Counted from the stretch's first letter, positions 9,898 through 19,754 are shown. The stretch is DNA of 64,000 nt from an uncultured virus (IMG/VR IMGVR_UViG_3300027689_000306) (IMGVR_UViG_3300027689_000306); one strand, 5' to 3'. The notes: a model not told the origin generated them from the sequence alone. A program made the numbers and translations.

Positions 9898-10050
9898 ATG
9901 GGAGATTGGGAATTAACATTCGCTCTCTATTGGCCTCACGATAGATTTGCTGTGGGATGGGATGTTCTACATGCTGATGAAGTATATAATTACAACACAT
10001 ATATATTGTATTTAGGAATACTTACAATAACATTAGATGTAAATAATTAA
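9898..10050 (+). CDS. Small hypothetical protein, absent from ORF track
   Basis: 50 aa, MGDWELTFALYWPHDRFAVGW...; starts 1 nt after the previous stop. Confidence 0.6.
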   Translation: MGDWELTFALYWPHDRFAVGWDVLHADEVYNYNTYILYLGILTITLDVNN

Positions 10051-10124
10051 ATTAGTTAGACTCGTTCTAACTATTTTTGTTATTTTATTTTGGTGAAAAA
10101 TAAACACTTATAGTGAAAAATACT

Positions 10125-10132
10125 TATTTTTG
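10125..10132 (+). promoter_or_regulatory. Bacteroidota-type -7 promoter element
   Basis: TATTTTTG 23 nt upstream of ORF 10156. Confidence 0.5.
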
Positions 10133-10155
10133 TATAATAAATAAAATTTAAAGAA

Positions 10156-11163
10156 ATGGCTATACCATCTAGACAGATAGGCTGGGGAACAGAAGATAAC
10201 CTATTATGGCAAATCTCTAAGCAATTAGAAAGACTAACTCAGGTGACAGGTAATAGTGTAAGTGGATCTCAAACACTTGCACAAACACTTGTTACTGGAA
10301 ACAATACAGGTGGGAATAATATACTATTAAATAGTACTGATGCAATACAGTTAGAAAATAATTCATCACTTAGAAAAGGAACTTATGACTTTGGTCAAGG
10401 TGGTGGTGTTTCACGTATATGTGGTGTAGACTATGAGGATATGTGGCAAGGTGGAATTAGACACGTATTTGATAGTCTTGGATATATCAGAAATTCAACA
10501 AATGGTTTTGGTATAATTCCTGATTCAAATTTTGATGAAGATTTAAGATTTAAAATTGGTTCATTTTGGAGTTTAGATGATGGTGCTACTTATGTATGTA
10601 CTGATGCAACAATAGGAGCTGCTGTTTGGGAATTATATTTTACACCTCCTAAGTATAAAGTGTTTACAGCTTTATTAACGCAAAGTGGGGATGAGGAAGT
10701 TTTTACTATTACAAGTGGATTATTAACAATAGGGATTACATATTACATAGATGATAATACTGGAAATTCTGATTTTACTAATGTTGGAGCTCCTAACAAC
10801 AATATAGGAACTTATTTTCTTGCAACAGGAACAACTCCTAATAGTTGGGGACAAGGGCTATTAGCATATACTAGTGGAGCACCAGTAGCAACTGTATTAG
10901 AGAATACTATTGGGAATATTTGGTTTAGTTATAATTATATTGGAACTTATGGTGTTAATTCAGATGGTTTATTTACATCTAATAAAACAACAACATTTAT
11001 TCAAAATGCAACTGATGATGCAAATAACAATTCAACAAATATACTTTTTGGACAAGATGAATACAATATTCAAATAATAACTGCTGCTAATGTAGGGGGT
11101 ATATTTTCAGATTATGATGGGCTATTGTATAACAATTCAATAGAAATAAGAGTTTATAACTAA
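10156..11163 (+). CDS. Modular virion protein with MAIPSRQIG N-terminal module
   Basis: Shares about 30 N-terminal aa with 11174 and 13093; C-terminal YKVFTALLTQSG...IEIRVY domain. Confidence 0.65.
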   Translation: MAIPSRQIGWGTEDNLLWQISKQLERLTQVTGNSVSGSQTLAQTLVTGNNTGGNNILLNSTDAIQLENNSSLRKGTYDFGQGGGVSRICGVDYEDMWQGGIRHVFDSLGYIRNSTNGFGIIPDSNFDEDLRFKIGSFWSLDDGATYVCTDATIGAAVWELYFTPPKYKVFTALLTQSGDEEVFTITSGLLTIGITYYIDDNTGNSDFTNVGAPNNNIGTYFLATGTTPNSWGQGLLAYTSGAPVATVLENTIGNIWFSYNYIGTYGVNSDGLFTSNKTTTFIQNATDDANNNSTNILFGQDEYNIQIITAANVGGIFSDYDGLLYNNSIEIRVYN

Positions 11164-11173
11164 TAAATAAAAC

Positions 11174-12037
11174 ATGGCAATACCTAGTAGACAAATTGGT
11201 TGGAGCACTAAAGCTAACTTACTATGGCAGATATCTAAACAATTAGAACGTCTGACATGTGTAACTGCTGGTGGATGTGGCACAACCACCACCACTACCA
11301 CTATTGGTCCTACTACCACTACTACTACCAGCACTATTGCTCCTACCACCACAACAACAACTACAATTTGTGTAGACTTTATTAATAGTATTGTTATTTC
11401 TGGTGGTTCATACACTGCTGCTAATGGAACTTATACAAGAGTTAATCCTTCAGGATCTTTTACATTAACAGGTGGAGGTGGTGCTATATTCTTTGGTGGA
11501 GATGCTTGGTATATTTTTAATACTTCAATTGGAAACGTTGCAAGAAATACATCTACACTAGGAACTGGAACATGGGAACCTTGGGCTCCTGGAAATTCAT
11601 CAGGAATTACTGCAGAGTATTTTTATTATACTTGTCCAACCACTACAACCACAACTAGTAGTTCTTCAACAACCACCACATCTACAACAGTGGCTCCAAC
11701 TACCACTAGTACAACAACTGCAGTTCCAACTACTACAACCACAACTAGTAGTAGTTCTTCAACAACAACAACCACTACTACAACTGTAACTGTTTATACA
11801 TATAATTTTGATAGTTGTTGCGAAGGTGGGTGTGCTGCAACAGTATATTCAACCTCTGCTTCAATAATAGTTGGAACTGTTTTCTATACCAATCCACAAT
11901 TAACTAATCAGTGGACTTCTCCTTGTTCTGATTATCTGTTAGACGGATGTGTTCCTTTAGGAGACTATGGTTTTGGAGGATATTATATTGTAGATGGTGT
12001 AGTTGTGTTGTTAGATAGAGGAGTAAATTGTCAATAA
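11174..12037 (+). CDS. Mucin-like Thr-tract protein with MAIPSRQIG module
   Basis: Shared N-terminal module and two poly-Thr/Ser tracts separating small domains. Confidence 0.75.
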   Translation: MAIPSRQIGWSTKANLLWQISKQLERLTCVTAGGCGTTTTTTTIGPTTTTTTSTIAPTTTTTTTICVDFINSIVISGGSYTAANGTYTRVNPSGSFTLTGGGGAIFFGGDAWYIFNTSIGNVARNTSTLGTGTWEPWAPGNSSGITAEYFYYTCPTTTTTTSSSSTTTTSTTVAPTTTSTTTAVPTTTTTTSSSSSTTTTTTTTVTVYTYNFDSCCEGGCAATVYSTSASIIVGTVFYTNPQLTNQWTSPCSDYLLDGCVPLGDYGFGGYYIVDGVVVLLDRGVNCQ

Positions 12038-12072
12038 TAAATAAAAAATAATCATATTAAACCAACTACATT

Positions 12073-13089
12073 ATGAAAGATTTAAAATTTGTACAAGCTT
12101 GCCCAAGCGATATTTATTACACATGGCAAGTGAACCTTTGGATGGAAAGTCTAAAAGAAATAGGACACTCTGACAAAGCAATCAATCTAATTTTTACTCC
12201 TAAAGGAAGAGAGAATAGAGATAAATGGAAACAGATAGAAGACCTGTATCCAGAAGGTGAGTTTCATTACTACGAGGATGAGGATAACTTAAATCGATTA
12301 TTAGGAATCTATATTCCTGTACTTAGACCATATGTTCTTTGGAAACATTTCAAGAAACATCCAGAGCTAAGTGAGAAAGCAATCTTCTATTGTGATTCTG
12401 ACATTTTATTCATGAAGGATTTCAATGTGGATCAGTTCTTAGAAGATGACATCAACTATCTATCAGATACAAATAGTTACATAAATGCTAAATATTTTGA
12501 TAGTAAGATACATCAAGTGCTACCAGAAAAACTGGAAGAGTATAAAGCTAGAGATGTTCTTGCAGAGATTGCAAGTGTTGTAGGAATAAGCAGAGAAATC
12601 TGTGAAGCTAACAATGATCATTCAGGAGGAGCACAATATCTATTAAAGAATTTAGATGGTGACTTCTGGAGTAAGGTGATGAATGATTGTATTCTTATAA
12701 GAAGCTATTTACAGACAGTGAATAGAGAATACTTTAAAGATGAAAATGCTGGATACCAAAGTTGGTGTGCTGATATGTGGGCTGTTCTTTGGAACATCTG
12801 GTTGAGAGACCAAGAAACAAAGGTGGTTCCTGAAATGGCTTTTGCATGGGCTACAGATCCTATATCAAAACTTGATAGTCATACAATCTTTCATAATGCA
12901 GGAATAGTTTCTGAAACAGGAAATGGTTACCCAGCTTTTTACAAAGGAAAATATCACATGGGAACTGATCCAACAAAAGATCCTAACTTAGACCTTGTCA
13001 TCAATGATGAGAATTCAAAGAAATATTGCACATCGTTTTATGCTACTAAGCTAAAAGAGATAAAAGATAAATATAAATTAGACTATTAA
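12073..13089 (+). CDS. GT-A glycosyltransferase resembling peptidyl-Ser galactosyltransferase / Hyp arabinosyltransferase (GT96/GT95)
   Basis: YYTWQ, YIPVLRP, FYCDSDILF (DxD), GGAQYLL and WCADMWA occur in the same order as the SERGT1/HPAT motif blocks. Confidence 0.7.
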   Translation: MKDLKFVQACPSDIYYTWQVNLWMESLKEIGHSDKAINLIFTPKGRENRDKWKQIEDLYPEGEFHYYEDEDNLNRLLGIYIPVLRPYVLWKHFKKHPELSEKAIFYCDSDILFMKDFNVDQFLEDDINYLSDTNSYINAKYFDSKIHQVLPEKLEEYKARDVLAEIASVVGISREICEANNDHSGGAQYLLKNLDGDFWSKVMNDCILIRSYLQTVNREYFKDENAGYQSWCADMWAVLWNIWLRDQETKVVPEMAFAWATDPISKLDSHTIFHNAGIVSETGNGYPAFYKGKYHMGTDPTKDPNLDLVINDENSKKYCTSFYATKLKEIKDKYKLDY

Positions 13090-13092
13090 GTA

Positions 13093-14994
13093 ATGGCTAT
13101 ACCAAGTAGACAAATAGGTGGAAGTACAAGAACATCTCTTCTTTGGCAGATCTCTAAGCAATTGGAAGAATTAATCTGTATTAGAAGTGGAGGCTGTGGT
13201 TCAACAACTACTACCACCACTACTATTATAGAACCTACCACTACTACAACTACATCTTACCCTATTCCTATAGAATGTATTGTATATAATGCTGCTAATG
13301 GTAACATATACATATATGATCCATTAACTAATTTATCAGTTGAAATACTTAATGATGAATCTCCTTATTTTCAAGTAGCAAATACTGATACAAAATTATG
13401 GAGTTCTCAAAGTGGTGGTTATGTACAAGAATATGATTTAACCTTTACTCCTGGTCCTTCACTTGTATTTAATAGATCAATTAATACTGGTAGTGTAACT
13501 GTTTCAGGAACATTTGCAATTGATAACACTACATTAATTGTAGGTGATGCTTTCACTCTAGGAATTTATGAATTAGATATAACTACTGCCACTTCAATAA
13601 ATACATTAAAAGGTGCTATAGAAATTGGATTTGTACCAAATGATATGTTATTAACTACTTCTGGTAAGTTAATAATAGTTGCAACTAATGCACCTACTAA
13701 TACTATTACAAAGGTATATCAATATGATTATGCTACTTGGACATTAGAAACAAATCTTAATTTAACTAGTCAATTGCCTGCATTAAATTATGGTATAGGG
13801 ATAGCAGAATATGATGGCGACATATACATATTTACAAGAATTGTTGAGTGTAATATTAACACTACACCATCAGGAGTTTACATATTAGATCCATTAACAA
13901 ATAACATAACTCTTGTAAATAGTACAGGACTTAGTTGTCCATCTGGAACATCTAGTTGGTTACCATGTAACACTACAAGTTTAACTAGCTCAAGTTCTAC
14001 AACTACTACAACAACAACTCTTTCTGCTGAATGTGCTATTGCATTTGCTAATAATAATAACAGTTTATTTGTAACTGATGGTTCTCCTACAACTTTTATA
14101 GAGTTTGATAGTTCAGCAAGTATTCCACAATCACCAAGTATTGCAACTACAATAAATAAACTTTTTGTATTAGTCAACGAAGATAATTTATTACAACCTG
14201 TTAGAAAGATATATGAATATAATATGTCATATTCTCCAAATTCACTAACGTTTGTTAGAGAAATAGATTATCCAGTTGGAGTAAATTCTTTAGGAAACGG
14301 AGCATGTGCATTAAGTGATACAATGTTAGTTGTACCTATACCACAATGTACTCCAGATTATGCAGTTTGTGTAAATCCAACACCTATAGTAAAATTAAAT
14401 ATATCAGGTTCTGTTGCTGTAATAGATTCTACTATTACTTACTTACCGATGTTTAATGAAACTACAACAGGTGGAGTACCTACAGGAAATGTTTATTCAA
14501 ATCTAATTACAGGTGATATAATTTACACTACAAATAATAAAATTATAACATTAGATCAAAATTCTACATGGCCTTTAGTAAGTTACATACATCAATATGA
14601 TGCTATAACTGGAAATTTAGAATTTGAACGAGTATTAGATACACCTTTATCTCCAACTTTACCAAGATTAGATGGTGCTGTTGGTATATTTGTATTTAAT
14701 TCAAATTTACATTTAATAAATAATACAGATCCTATTACAGGAGCAGGTACACAATCATACATATATCAAGTTGGTTTAACTAGTCCATATAACATAACTT
14801 CATTAGGTCAAGCATCTCCACTTTTATTATATGCTGATGGAAGTAATTCTGCTGGTTGTGTAAATGTTAGTTTCACTCCTAATATAATAACAACTACTAC
14901 TACTACTACCACAATACCACCCACTACAACTACAACAACAACACTAGCACCAAGTGGGTTTAACACGATCTATACATATTTTGAATCTTTATAA
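13093..14994 (+). CDS. Mucin-like protein with MAIPSRQIG module and two tandem propeller-like domains
   Basis: Shared N-terminus, three Thr tracts and an internal duplication of an approximately 230-280 aa domain. Confidence 0.7.
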   Translation: MAIPSRQIGGSTRTSLLWQISKQLEELICIRSGGCGSTTTTTTTIIEPTTTTTTSYPIPIECIVYNAANGNIYIYDPLTNLSVEILNDESPYFQVANTDTKLWSSQSGGYVQEYDLTFTPGPSLVFNRSINTGSVTVSGTFAIDNTTLIVGDAFTLGIYELDITTATSINTLKGAIEIGFVPNDMLLTTSGKLIIVATNAPTNTITKVYQYDYATWTLETNLNLTSQLPALNYGIGIAEYDGDIYIFTRIVECNINTTPSGVYILDPLTNNITLVNSTGLSCPSGTSSWLPCNTTSLTSSSSTTTTTTTLSAECAIAFANNNNSLFVTDGSPTTFIEFDSSASIPQSPSIATTINKLFVLVNEDNLLQPVRKIYEYNMSYSPNSLTFVREIDYPVGVNSLGNGACALSDTMLVVPIPQCTPDYAVCVNPTPIVKLNISGSVAVIDSTITYLPMFNETTTGGVPTGNVYSNLITGDIIYTTNNKIITLDQNSTWPLVSYIHQYDAITGNLEFERVLDTPLSPTLPRLDGAVGIFVFNSNLHLINNTDPITGAGTQSYIYQVGLTSPYNITSLGQASPLLLYADGSNSAGCVNVSFTPNIITTTTTTTTIPPTTTTTTTLAPSGFNTIYTYFESL

Positions 14995-14995
14995 T

Positions 14996-16249
14996 ATGGA
15001 AAACAATATTGAAAACATAAAACTGAAAGTACAAGAGTTAGCACTGTCCAACCCTAATGTTAACAGCATAGCTTATGGTTATAAGTTTGTTGGAGGTGAG
15101 CAAACTGATGAGCTTTGTATTATATATGGTGTTCAAGAGAAAAAACCTCTATCTGAACTATCTCCTGAAGAAATTGTACCTACTGAAATAATTGTAGGAG
15201 ATCAAGTCTTAAGAACAGATGTTTATGAAGTGAATATGGCAGAACTAATTGCTTGTAATCCTGTATGTGGACAAATAGCTGGACCTAACTCAGCTGTTAA
15301 CAGAGCTGTTACAAGACCGTTAGTAGGTGGTTTATCAATTACATCAACTAATCTATCTGGTTTTGTAGGAACTATGGGATTCATAGGAGTGCATACAGAA
15401 ACACAAACATTAGTAGGTGTTACTAATAACCACGTTATAATACAAGATGCATTCTATACATCAGAAAGAAACTTAGCTGGTGTTATTCAGAATGAATACT
15501 CTCCAATAGATTATATATATCAAAATGGAGAAGGTATAAGCCCTGCTAATATAGTAGGACAATCATTAAGATATGTTCCTATTGTTAAACAATCAACTGG
15601 AAATAACTATGTAGATGGTGCAATATTTTCTGTAGAAGCTGCAGACATTAATATAGCAACATCATATCGACAGGCTGGAGTTAGTGATTACACTCTTCCT
15701 CTACCATTTGCTTCAACAGCAGAGATAGATAATCTATTAACTACAAACCCAATGATCTATAGTTCTGGTAGAACTACAGGACCTAAAGGTGGTGCAAGTT
15801 GTCCAATGAGAATAGGTGCTTTATTTACAGTATTAAATATAAACTATAAATTACAAGGTGGTACTGCAGTAGCTACGTTTCTTGATCAAATAACATTTGT
15901 TAAACCAGAGAATGATCCTAGCTTAACAACTATTTGTTCTAATCCAATATTTGGTGGTGATTCAGGATCTGCATTAATTGCTGACTTTGGTGGTGTAAGA
16001 AAGATAATTGGATTGGTATTTGCTGCAGGATCAGTTGGAGGTATAGTTTATATTGGATATGCAAACAGAATTGATAGAGTGGCATCAGAACTAGGTATAG
16101 AAGCTTGGGATGGTACAGCTAAAGGCTATGTAGATCCAGCATCAATTACATATAAAACTACCTACAATGGTAGCTCAAATAAAATATTAAATTGTGATGG
16201 TACAAACTACTGGCAAGTAGGATTAACCACATTAGATACACCTTGTTAA
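14996..16249 (+). CDS. Trypsin-like serine protease (Nal1-like) with N-terminal pro-domain
   Basis: GTMG, TNNHV (His), VDGA (Asp), GRTTG and GDSGS (Ser). Likely start MENN, 1 nt after the upstream stop. Confidence 0.85.
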   Translation: MENNIENIKLKVQELALSNPNVNSIAYGYKFVGGEQTDELCIIYGVQEKKPLSELSPEEIVPTEIIVGDQVLRTDVYEVNMAELIACNPVCGQIAGPNSAVNRAVTRPLVGGLSITSTNLSGFVGTMGFIGVHTETQTLVGVTNNHVIIQDAFYTSERNLAGVIQNEYSPIDYIYQNGEGISPANIVGQSLRYVPIVKQSTGNNYVDGAIFSVEAADINIATSYRQAGVSDYTLPLPFASTAEIDNLLTTNPMIYSSGRTTGPKGGASCPMRIGALFTVLNINYKLQGGTAVATFLDQITFVKPENDPSLTTICSNPIFGGDSGSALIADFGGVRKIIGLVFAAGSVGGIVYIGYANRIDRVASELGIEAWDGTAKGYVDPASITYKTTYNGSSNKILNCDGTNYWQVGLTTLDTPC

Positions 16250-16283
16250 ACCTAAACTATTAACCATAAATTAAAAAAAAGAA

Positions 16284-16769
16284 ATGGGAAGCATTAATTC
16301 AAGACCTTTAAAGGCTTATGTTAGATTCGATGGATCTGGCAGAATAGTTGCAGGAAGCTTAGTTCTTAGAAAGAATAAGCCTAAAGTTGGTAAGTGGAAA
16401 GAGATTTCAGCATATGAGTGCTGTAATCCTACAACCACTACATCCACTACAGCTGCACCAACAACATCAACAACATCTAGTTCTACTAGTACAACAACAA
16501 CCACAGTAGCACCTACAACGACTACCACTACAACAACTTTTCCAGGGTATTATACATGGTTAATGGGTAAAAGCACTAGTGCAGCCGCTGCATGTGCTGA
16601 ACCTACTGCTCCTATATATTCAGCAGTTACTCCATTAGATCTTGGTGTAATTTTGTATGCAAATACAGGATTAACTGTTCCTGCATCTCCTTCATGGTAT
16701 GCAGTTGGTGGTAGAGCATATGAAGTGGATGGAACTGGTGAAATTATAACGGAAACTTTGTGTCCATAA
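16284..16769 (+). CDS. Thr-tract protein with LKAYVRFDGSGRIV N-terminal module
   Basis: The N-module ends ECC, followed by a Thr/Ser tract and a small C-domain similar to that of 11174. Confidence 0.75.
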   Translation: MGSINSRPLKAYVRFDGSGRIVAGSLVLRKNKPKVGKWKEISAYECCNPTTTTSTTAAPTTSTTSSSTSTTTTTVAPTTTTTTTTFPGYYTWLMGKSTSAAAACAEPTAPIYSAVTPLDLGVILYANTGLTVPASPSWYAVGGRAYEVDGTGEIITETLCP

Positions 16770-16785
16770 TAACTAAAAAATAATC

Positions 16786-16995
16786 ATGGCTAGAAATAAT
16801 AATAATAAGCTTAAAGCTTTTGTACGTTTTGATGGTTCAGGACGTATTGTACCAAGTAGTTTAATTGTACAAGCATTTAAACCTGCTGTAGGTAACTATA
16901 AACAAATTGATGCTAAAGAGTGTTGTAATTATACAACTACAACCACTACCACTGTAGCTCCAACTACAACTAGCACAACTACAATTCCTGGATAA
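16786..16995 (+). CDS. Short paralog: RFDGSGRIV module plus Thr tail only
   Basis: LKAFVRFDGSGRIVPSSL...KECCNYTTTT. Confidence 0.75.
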   Translation: MARNNNNKLKAFVRFDGSGRIVPSSLIVQAFKPAVGNYKQIDAKECCNYTTTTTTTVAPTTTSTTTIPG

Positions 16996-16997
16996 TC

Positions 16998-17414
16998 ATG
17001 GCAGTGAAATCATTATTTCCAGATGATATGATGAAATCATCATCATCTGAAGGCTTAACGTTAGACAGTATAGCTGCAAAGCTTACTTACTTTCATGAGC
17101 AATTACATCTGCTACATTGGCAAACAACTAGTTATGCACAGCATCAAGCTCTAGGAGCATTGTACGATTATGTACATGATTTTAAAGATGGGTTAGTAGA
17201 AAAGATTATGGGCTATACAGGTAAAAGACCTAGTGCTTATAAAATTGAACCTCTTATAGAATGTAAACCAGAAATTTGTATAAACAATTTATTGAATTTT
17301 GCATCTGCTTTAAAGATGTATGGAGAAGTAAATAGTTTTCATGATGTGTGCAACTTAGCAGATGCACTATCAGGAGAAACAGCTAAAACTAAATATCTAT
17401 TAACATTGTCATAA
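16998..17414 (+). CDS. Ferritin/Dps-like protein (DUF5856-like)
   Basis: LHLLHWQTTSYAQHQALGALYD...DGLVE and C-terminal KYLLTL. Confidence 0.75.
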   Translation: MAVKSLFPDDMMKSSSSEGLTLDSIAAKLTYFHEQLHLLHWQTTSYAQHQALGALYDYVHDFKDGLVEKIMGYTGKRPSAYKIEPLIECKPEICINNLLNFASALKMYGEVNSFHDVCNLADALSGETAKTKYLLTLS

Positions 17415-17701
17415 TGGAGATAAACAGAAAACATTTTCCAAAGGTGATGCAAGATAATGATGAAATCTTTCTTGCACACCTAGAAGGTGTAATAAGTTCT
17501 GTTGATGAATTATGTAGTCTAGAGATTACAAGAAATGCTGATAGCTATAGATTCAGAATAGCAGCAAGTCTTCCTAAGTATAACAATATGCTTATAGAAG
17601 AAATACTTAAGTTTTGTAACATGTTCAACATTAGAGTGGACATGAGTAAATCAATTAAAACATCGAGTGTAATAACATTTGAAATAACCTTAAAAGAATA
17701 A
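17414..17701 (+). CDS. Hypothetical protein
   Basis: 95-aa ORF translationally coupled to the upstream gene. Confidence 0.6.
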   Translation: MEINRKHFPKVMQDNDEIFLAHLEGVISSVDELCSLEITRNADSYRFRIAASLPKYNNMLIEEILKFCNMFNIRVDMSKSIKTSSVITFEITLKE

Positions 17702-17705
17702 AATT

Positions 17706-18758
17706 ATGCCAACATTTATTAAAACAGGATTTTGGGAAAAAAAGAAATCAGGATACAATCAAGAATTAAATCTTGACAATCTTATTGATAACGCTATATC
17801 TACTTCTGGTCTTAACTTTACTGGTTATGATTATGAGATTAATGTTAGTCAAATAGATGGAAGTGATACCACTGGTGATGGTGGTTTACTTACACCTGTA
17901 GCAACTATTACTAAAGCATTAACTTTAGTATCAGGACAAAGAAAAACAATAATTATACATCCAGGAAACTACACTGAAAGTCCATCAATTACAAGTCAGT
18001 ATACAGTATTGGTTGCTGCTGGAACTTCTGGAGTTATTGGTGGAAATGTTTTAATCTCTGGAACTGTAAGCACAAGTGTTGGTTGTACCATTTCAGGATT
18101 AAAGATGACAAACCTAAGTATTACTGCACCAACTGGTACAGGAAATGTTAATATACTTAACAATGATATTACTGGCACACTTACAAAAAGTAGCTCTGCT
18201 GATTACACACTTATTCGTTTCTCTGACATAGGTGCTGTTAATATTACGAGTACTGCTGGAACAGTAGCTATTTTTGGTGGTAATCCAAGCTTTATTACAG
18301 TTAATAATGCTGGGGCAAGAGTGCTTGTAAGAAATGCGGTTGCTATTTCCCCTGTTGTGTTAGCTGGTAATGCAACTTTTGCAGATAGTATAATAATTGC
18401 TACAAGCTCTACAGCAAACGCACTTACCACATCTGCAGGAACTATTATTACTTTAGCAAGTAGCCAAATTGTAATCCCAACATTTCAAAATGTTGCTAGA
18501 GTTTCTTTAAGTGGTTTTTACTCAATATTTAATACTGTTTATGATAAAGCAAACTCAACATTAGCTTCTTTATCCGCAAGCGGTGGTTCTACTGATTCTA
18601 TTGATTATTTCCAATTTATAAATGCAGATAGACTTCTTATGCAGAATGGAACAGCTCCTACTGCTAGCTTAACAGGTGGAGGGATTATGTATGTAGAAGC
18701 TGGAGCTCTAAAATATAGAGGTTCTTCAGGAACAATAACAACAATAGGCCCAGCATAA
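17706..18758 (+). CDS. Pectin-lyase-like beta-helix virion protein (DUF1565-type start)
   Basis: [13 protein letters not shown]...PVATITKAL...[10 protein letters not shown] motif. Confidence 0.7.
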   Translation: MPTFIKTGFWEKKKSGYNQELNLDNLIDNAISTSGLNFTGYDYEINVSQIDGSDTTGDGGLLTPVATITKALTLVSGQRKTIIIHPGNYTESPSITSQYTVLVAAGTSGVIGGNVLISGTVSTSVGCTISGLKMTNLSITAPTGTGNVNILNNDITGTLTKSSSADYTLIRFSDIGAVNITSTAGTVAIFGGNPSFITVNNAGARVLVRNAVAISPVVLAGNATFADSIIIATSSTANALTTSAGTIITLASSQIVIPTFQNVARVSLSGFYSIFNTVYDKANSTLASLSASGGSTDSIDYFQFINADRLLMQNGTAPTASLTGGGIMYVEAGALKYRGSSGTITTIGPA

Positions 18759-18764
18759 AATAAA

Positions 18765-18796
18765 TTTGCAAGTGTAACAAATTTATTATACATTTG
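18765..18796 (+). promoter_or_regulatory. Bacteroidota-type promoter
   Basis: TTTG (18765-68), 20-nt spacer, TACATTTG (18789-96). Confidence 0.75.
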
Positions 18797-18825
18797 TTAC
18801 ATAAATCAATTAAATAATTTACATT

Positions 18826-19077
18826 ATGGCACAGTATGATCCTGCAAAAAGGTACACATGGACTCCTGAAGACACATTCACATTAACAGGAGCACAGTTT
18901 GGGTTAATCCTAAACACAGTTAGATCTTATCTATCATCAGAGGAAGCAGCACGCTTTCAACTAATGGTTCAGACTAATGAAGTGATTGAAAAATTAATGA
19001 TTGATGGTGTTCAGAATGATACCATTAAGGAAGTGGTAGAAGAATCAATAGAAGAATTATCTTCTAAAGACCTTTAA
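18826..19077 (+). CDS. Hypothetical protein
   Basis: 83-aa ORF between a promoter and a terminator. Confidence 0.65.
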   Translation: MAQYDPAKRYTWTPEDTFTLTGAQFGLILNTVRSYLSSEEAARFQLMVQTNEVIEKLMIDGVQNDTIKEVVEESIEELSSKDL

Positions 19078-19086
19078 ATCAACATA

Positions 19087-19115
19087 CCTGTTGGGTGACG
19101 AAAAACAGGTGTTTT
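19087..19115 (+). terminator. Probable intrinsic terminator
   Basis: ACCTGTT...AACAGGT followed by GTTTT. Confidence 0.5.
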
Positions 19116-19138
19116 ATTAAGAACAAAAGCACTTCTCT

Positions 19139-19342
19139 ATGAGAATATACGAACCAAAGAATCGAATAGATGTTACAACCCCCAAGGGAGATGGGATGAT
19201 TTGGTTAGTGACTGATTATGGTCATGAAACAGATACCATCTATACAATTATAATTAATCAAACAGGTGAGATGTGGCAATACACTCACAAAGACATTATT
19301 GTTAAACCCAATATAACATTTAAACGCTATGGCAACAATTAA
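19139..19342 (+). CDS. Hypothetical protein
   Basis: 67 aa with V.TPKG.G and DYG.E motifs. Confidence 0.6.
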   Translation: MRIYEPKNRIDVTTPKGDGMIWLVTDYGHETDTIYTIIINQTGEMWQYTHKDIIVKPNITFKRYGNN

Positions 19343-19751
19343 AAAAGCACCAAAGGCTCAATTTGGTAAAATGATTAGATCAGGAATCAAACGAATTTCT
19401 GGTGAAGCAAAAGCTATCAAATCTGGAGTAAAAGAAGGAGTGAAAGGATATAAAAAAGAAAAGTTTTTTAATAAACTTAAAGACCCAAATAGTCCAATAC
19501 CAAAAATGCCTAAAGGAATGGGTTTCAAATCTGGTGGTACAGTTGGTAAAATGAGAAATGGTGGATCTTTATCTGGACTTAAAGCCTCAAACAAAAGAGT
19601 TGGTCCTGTAGATCCTAATGGAGCATTCACAAAGGTGCAAGAGAAAACATTAGCTGGTGCTAAAGGTAAAGCTAAACTTACAGCAGACAAACAACTTGGT
19701 GCTACTAAGATGAAAATGGGTGGCAGAATGACTAAAGGTAAAAAGTGCTAA
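19329..19751 (+). CDS. Lys-rich protein with KxGG repeats
   Basis: FKSGG, MRNGG, MKMGG; very basic. Confidence 0.7.
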   Translation: MATIKKAPKAQFGKMIRSGIKRISGEAKAIKSGVKEGVKGYKKEKFFNKLKDPNSPIPKMPKGMGFKSGGTVGKMRNGGSLSGLKASNKRVGPVDPNGAFTKVQEKTLAGAKGKAKLTADKQLGATKMKMGGRMTKGKKC

Positions 19752-19754
19752 GTC

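Noticed and set aside
11137..16528. Minus-strand poly-Val ORFs (11137, 13878, 16316)
   Set aside because: Antisense shadows of the poly-Thr codon tracts.
10156..18758. Diversity-generating retroelement acting on the adhesin genes
   Set aside because: No reverse transcriptase in the window and no template/variable repeat pair differing at adenines was seen.
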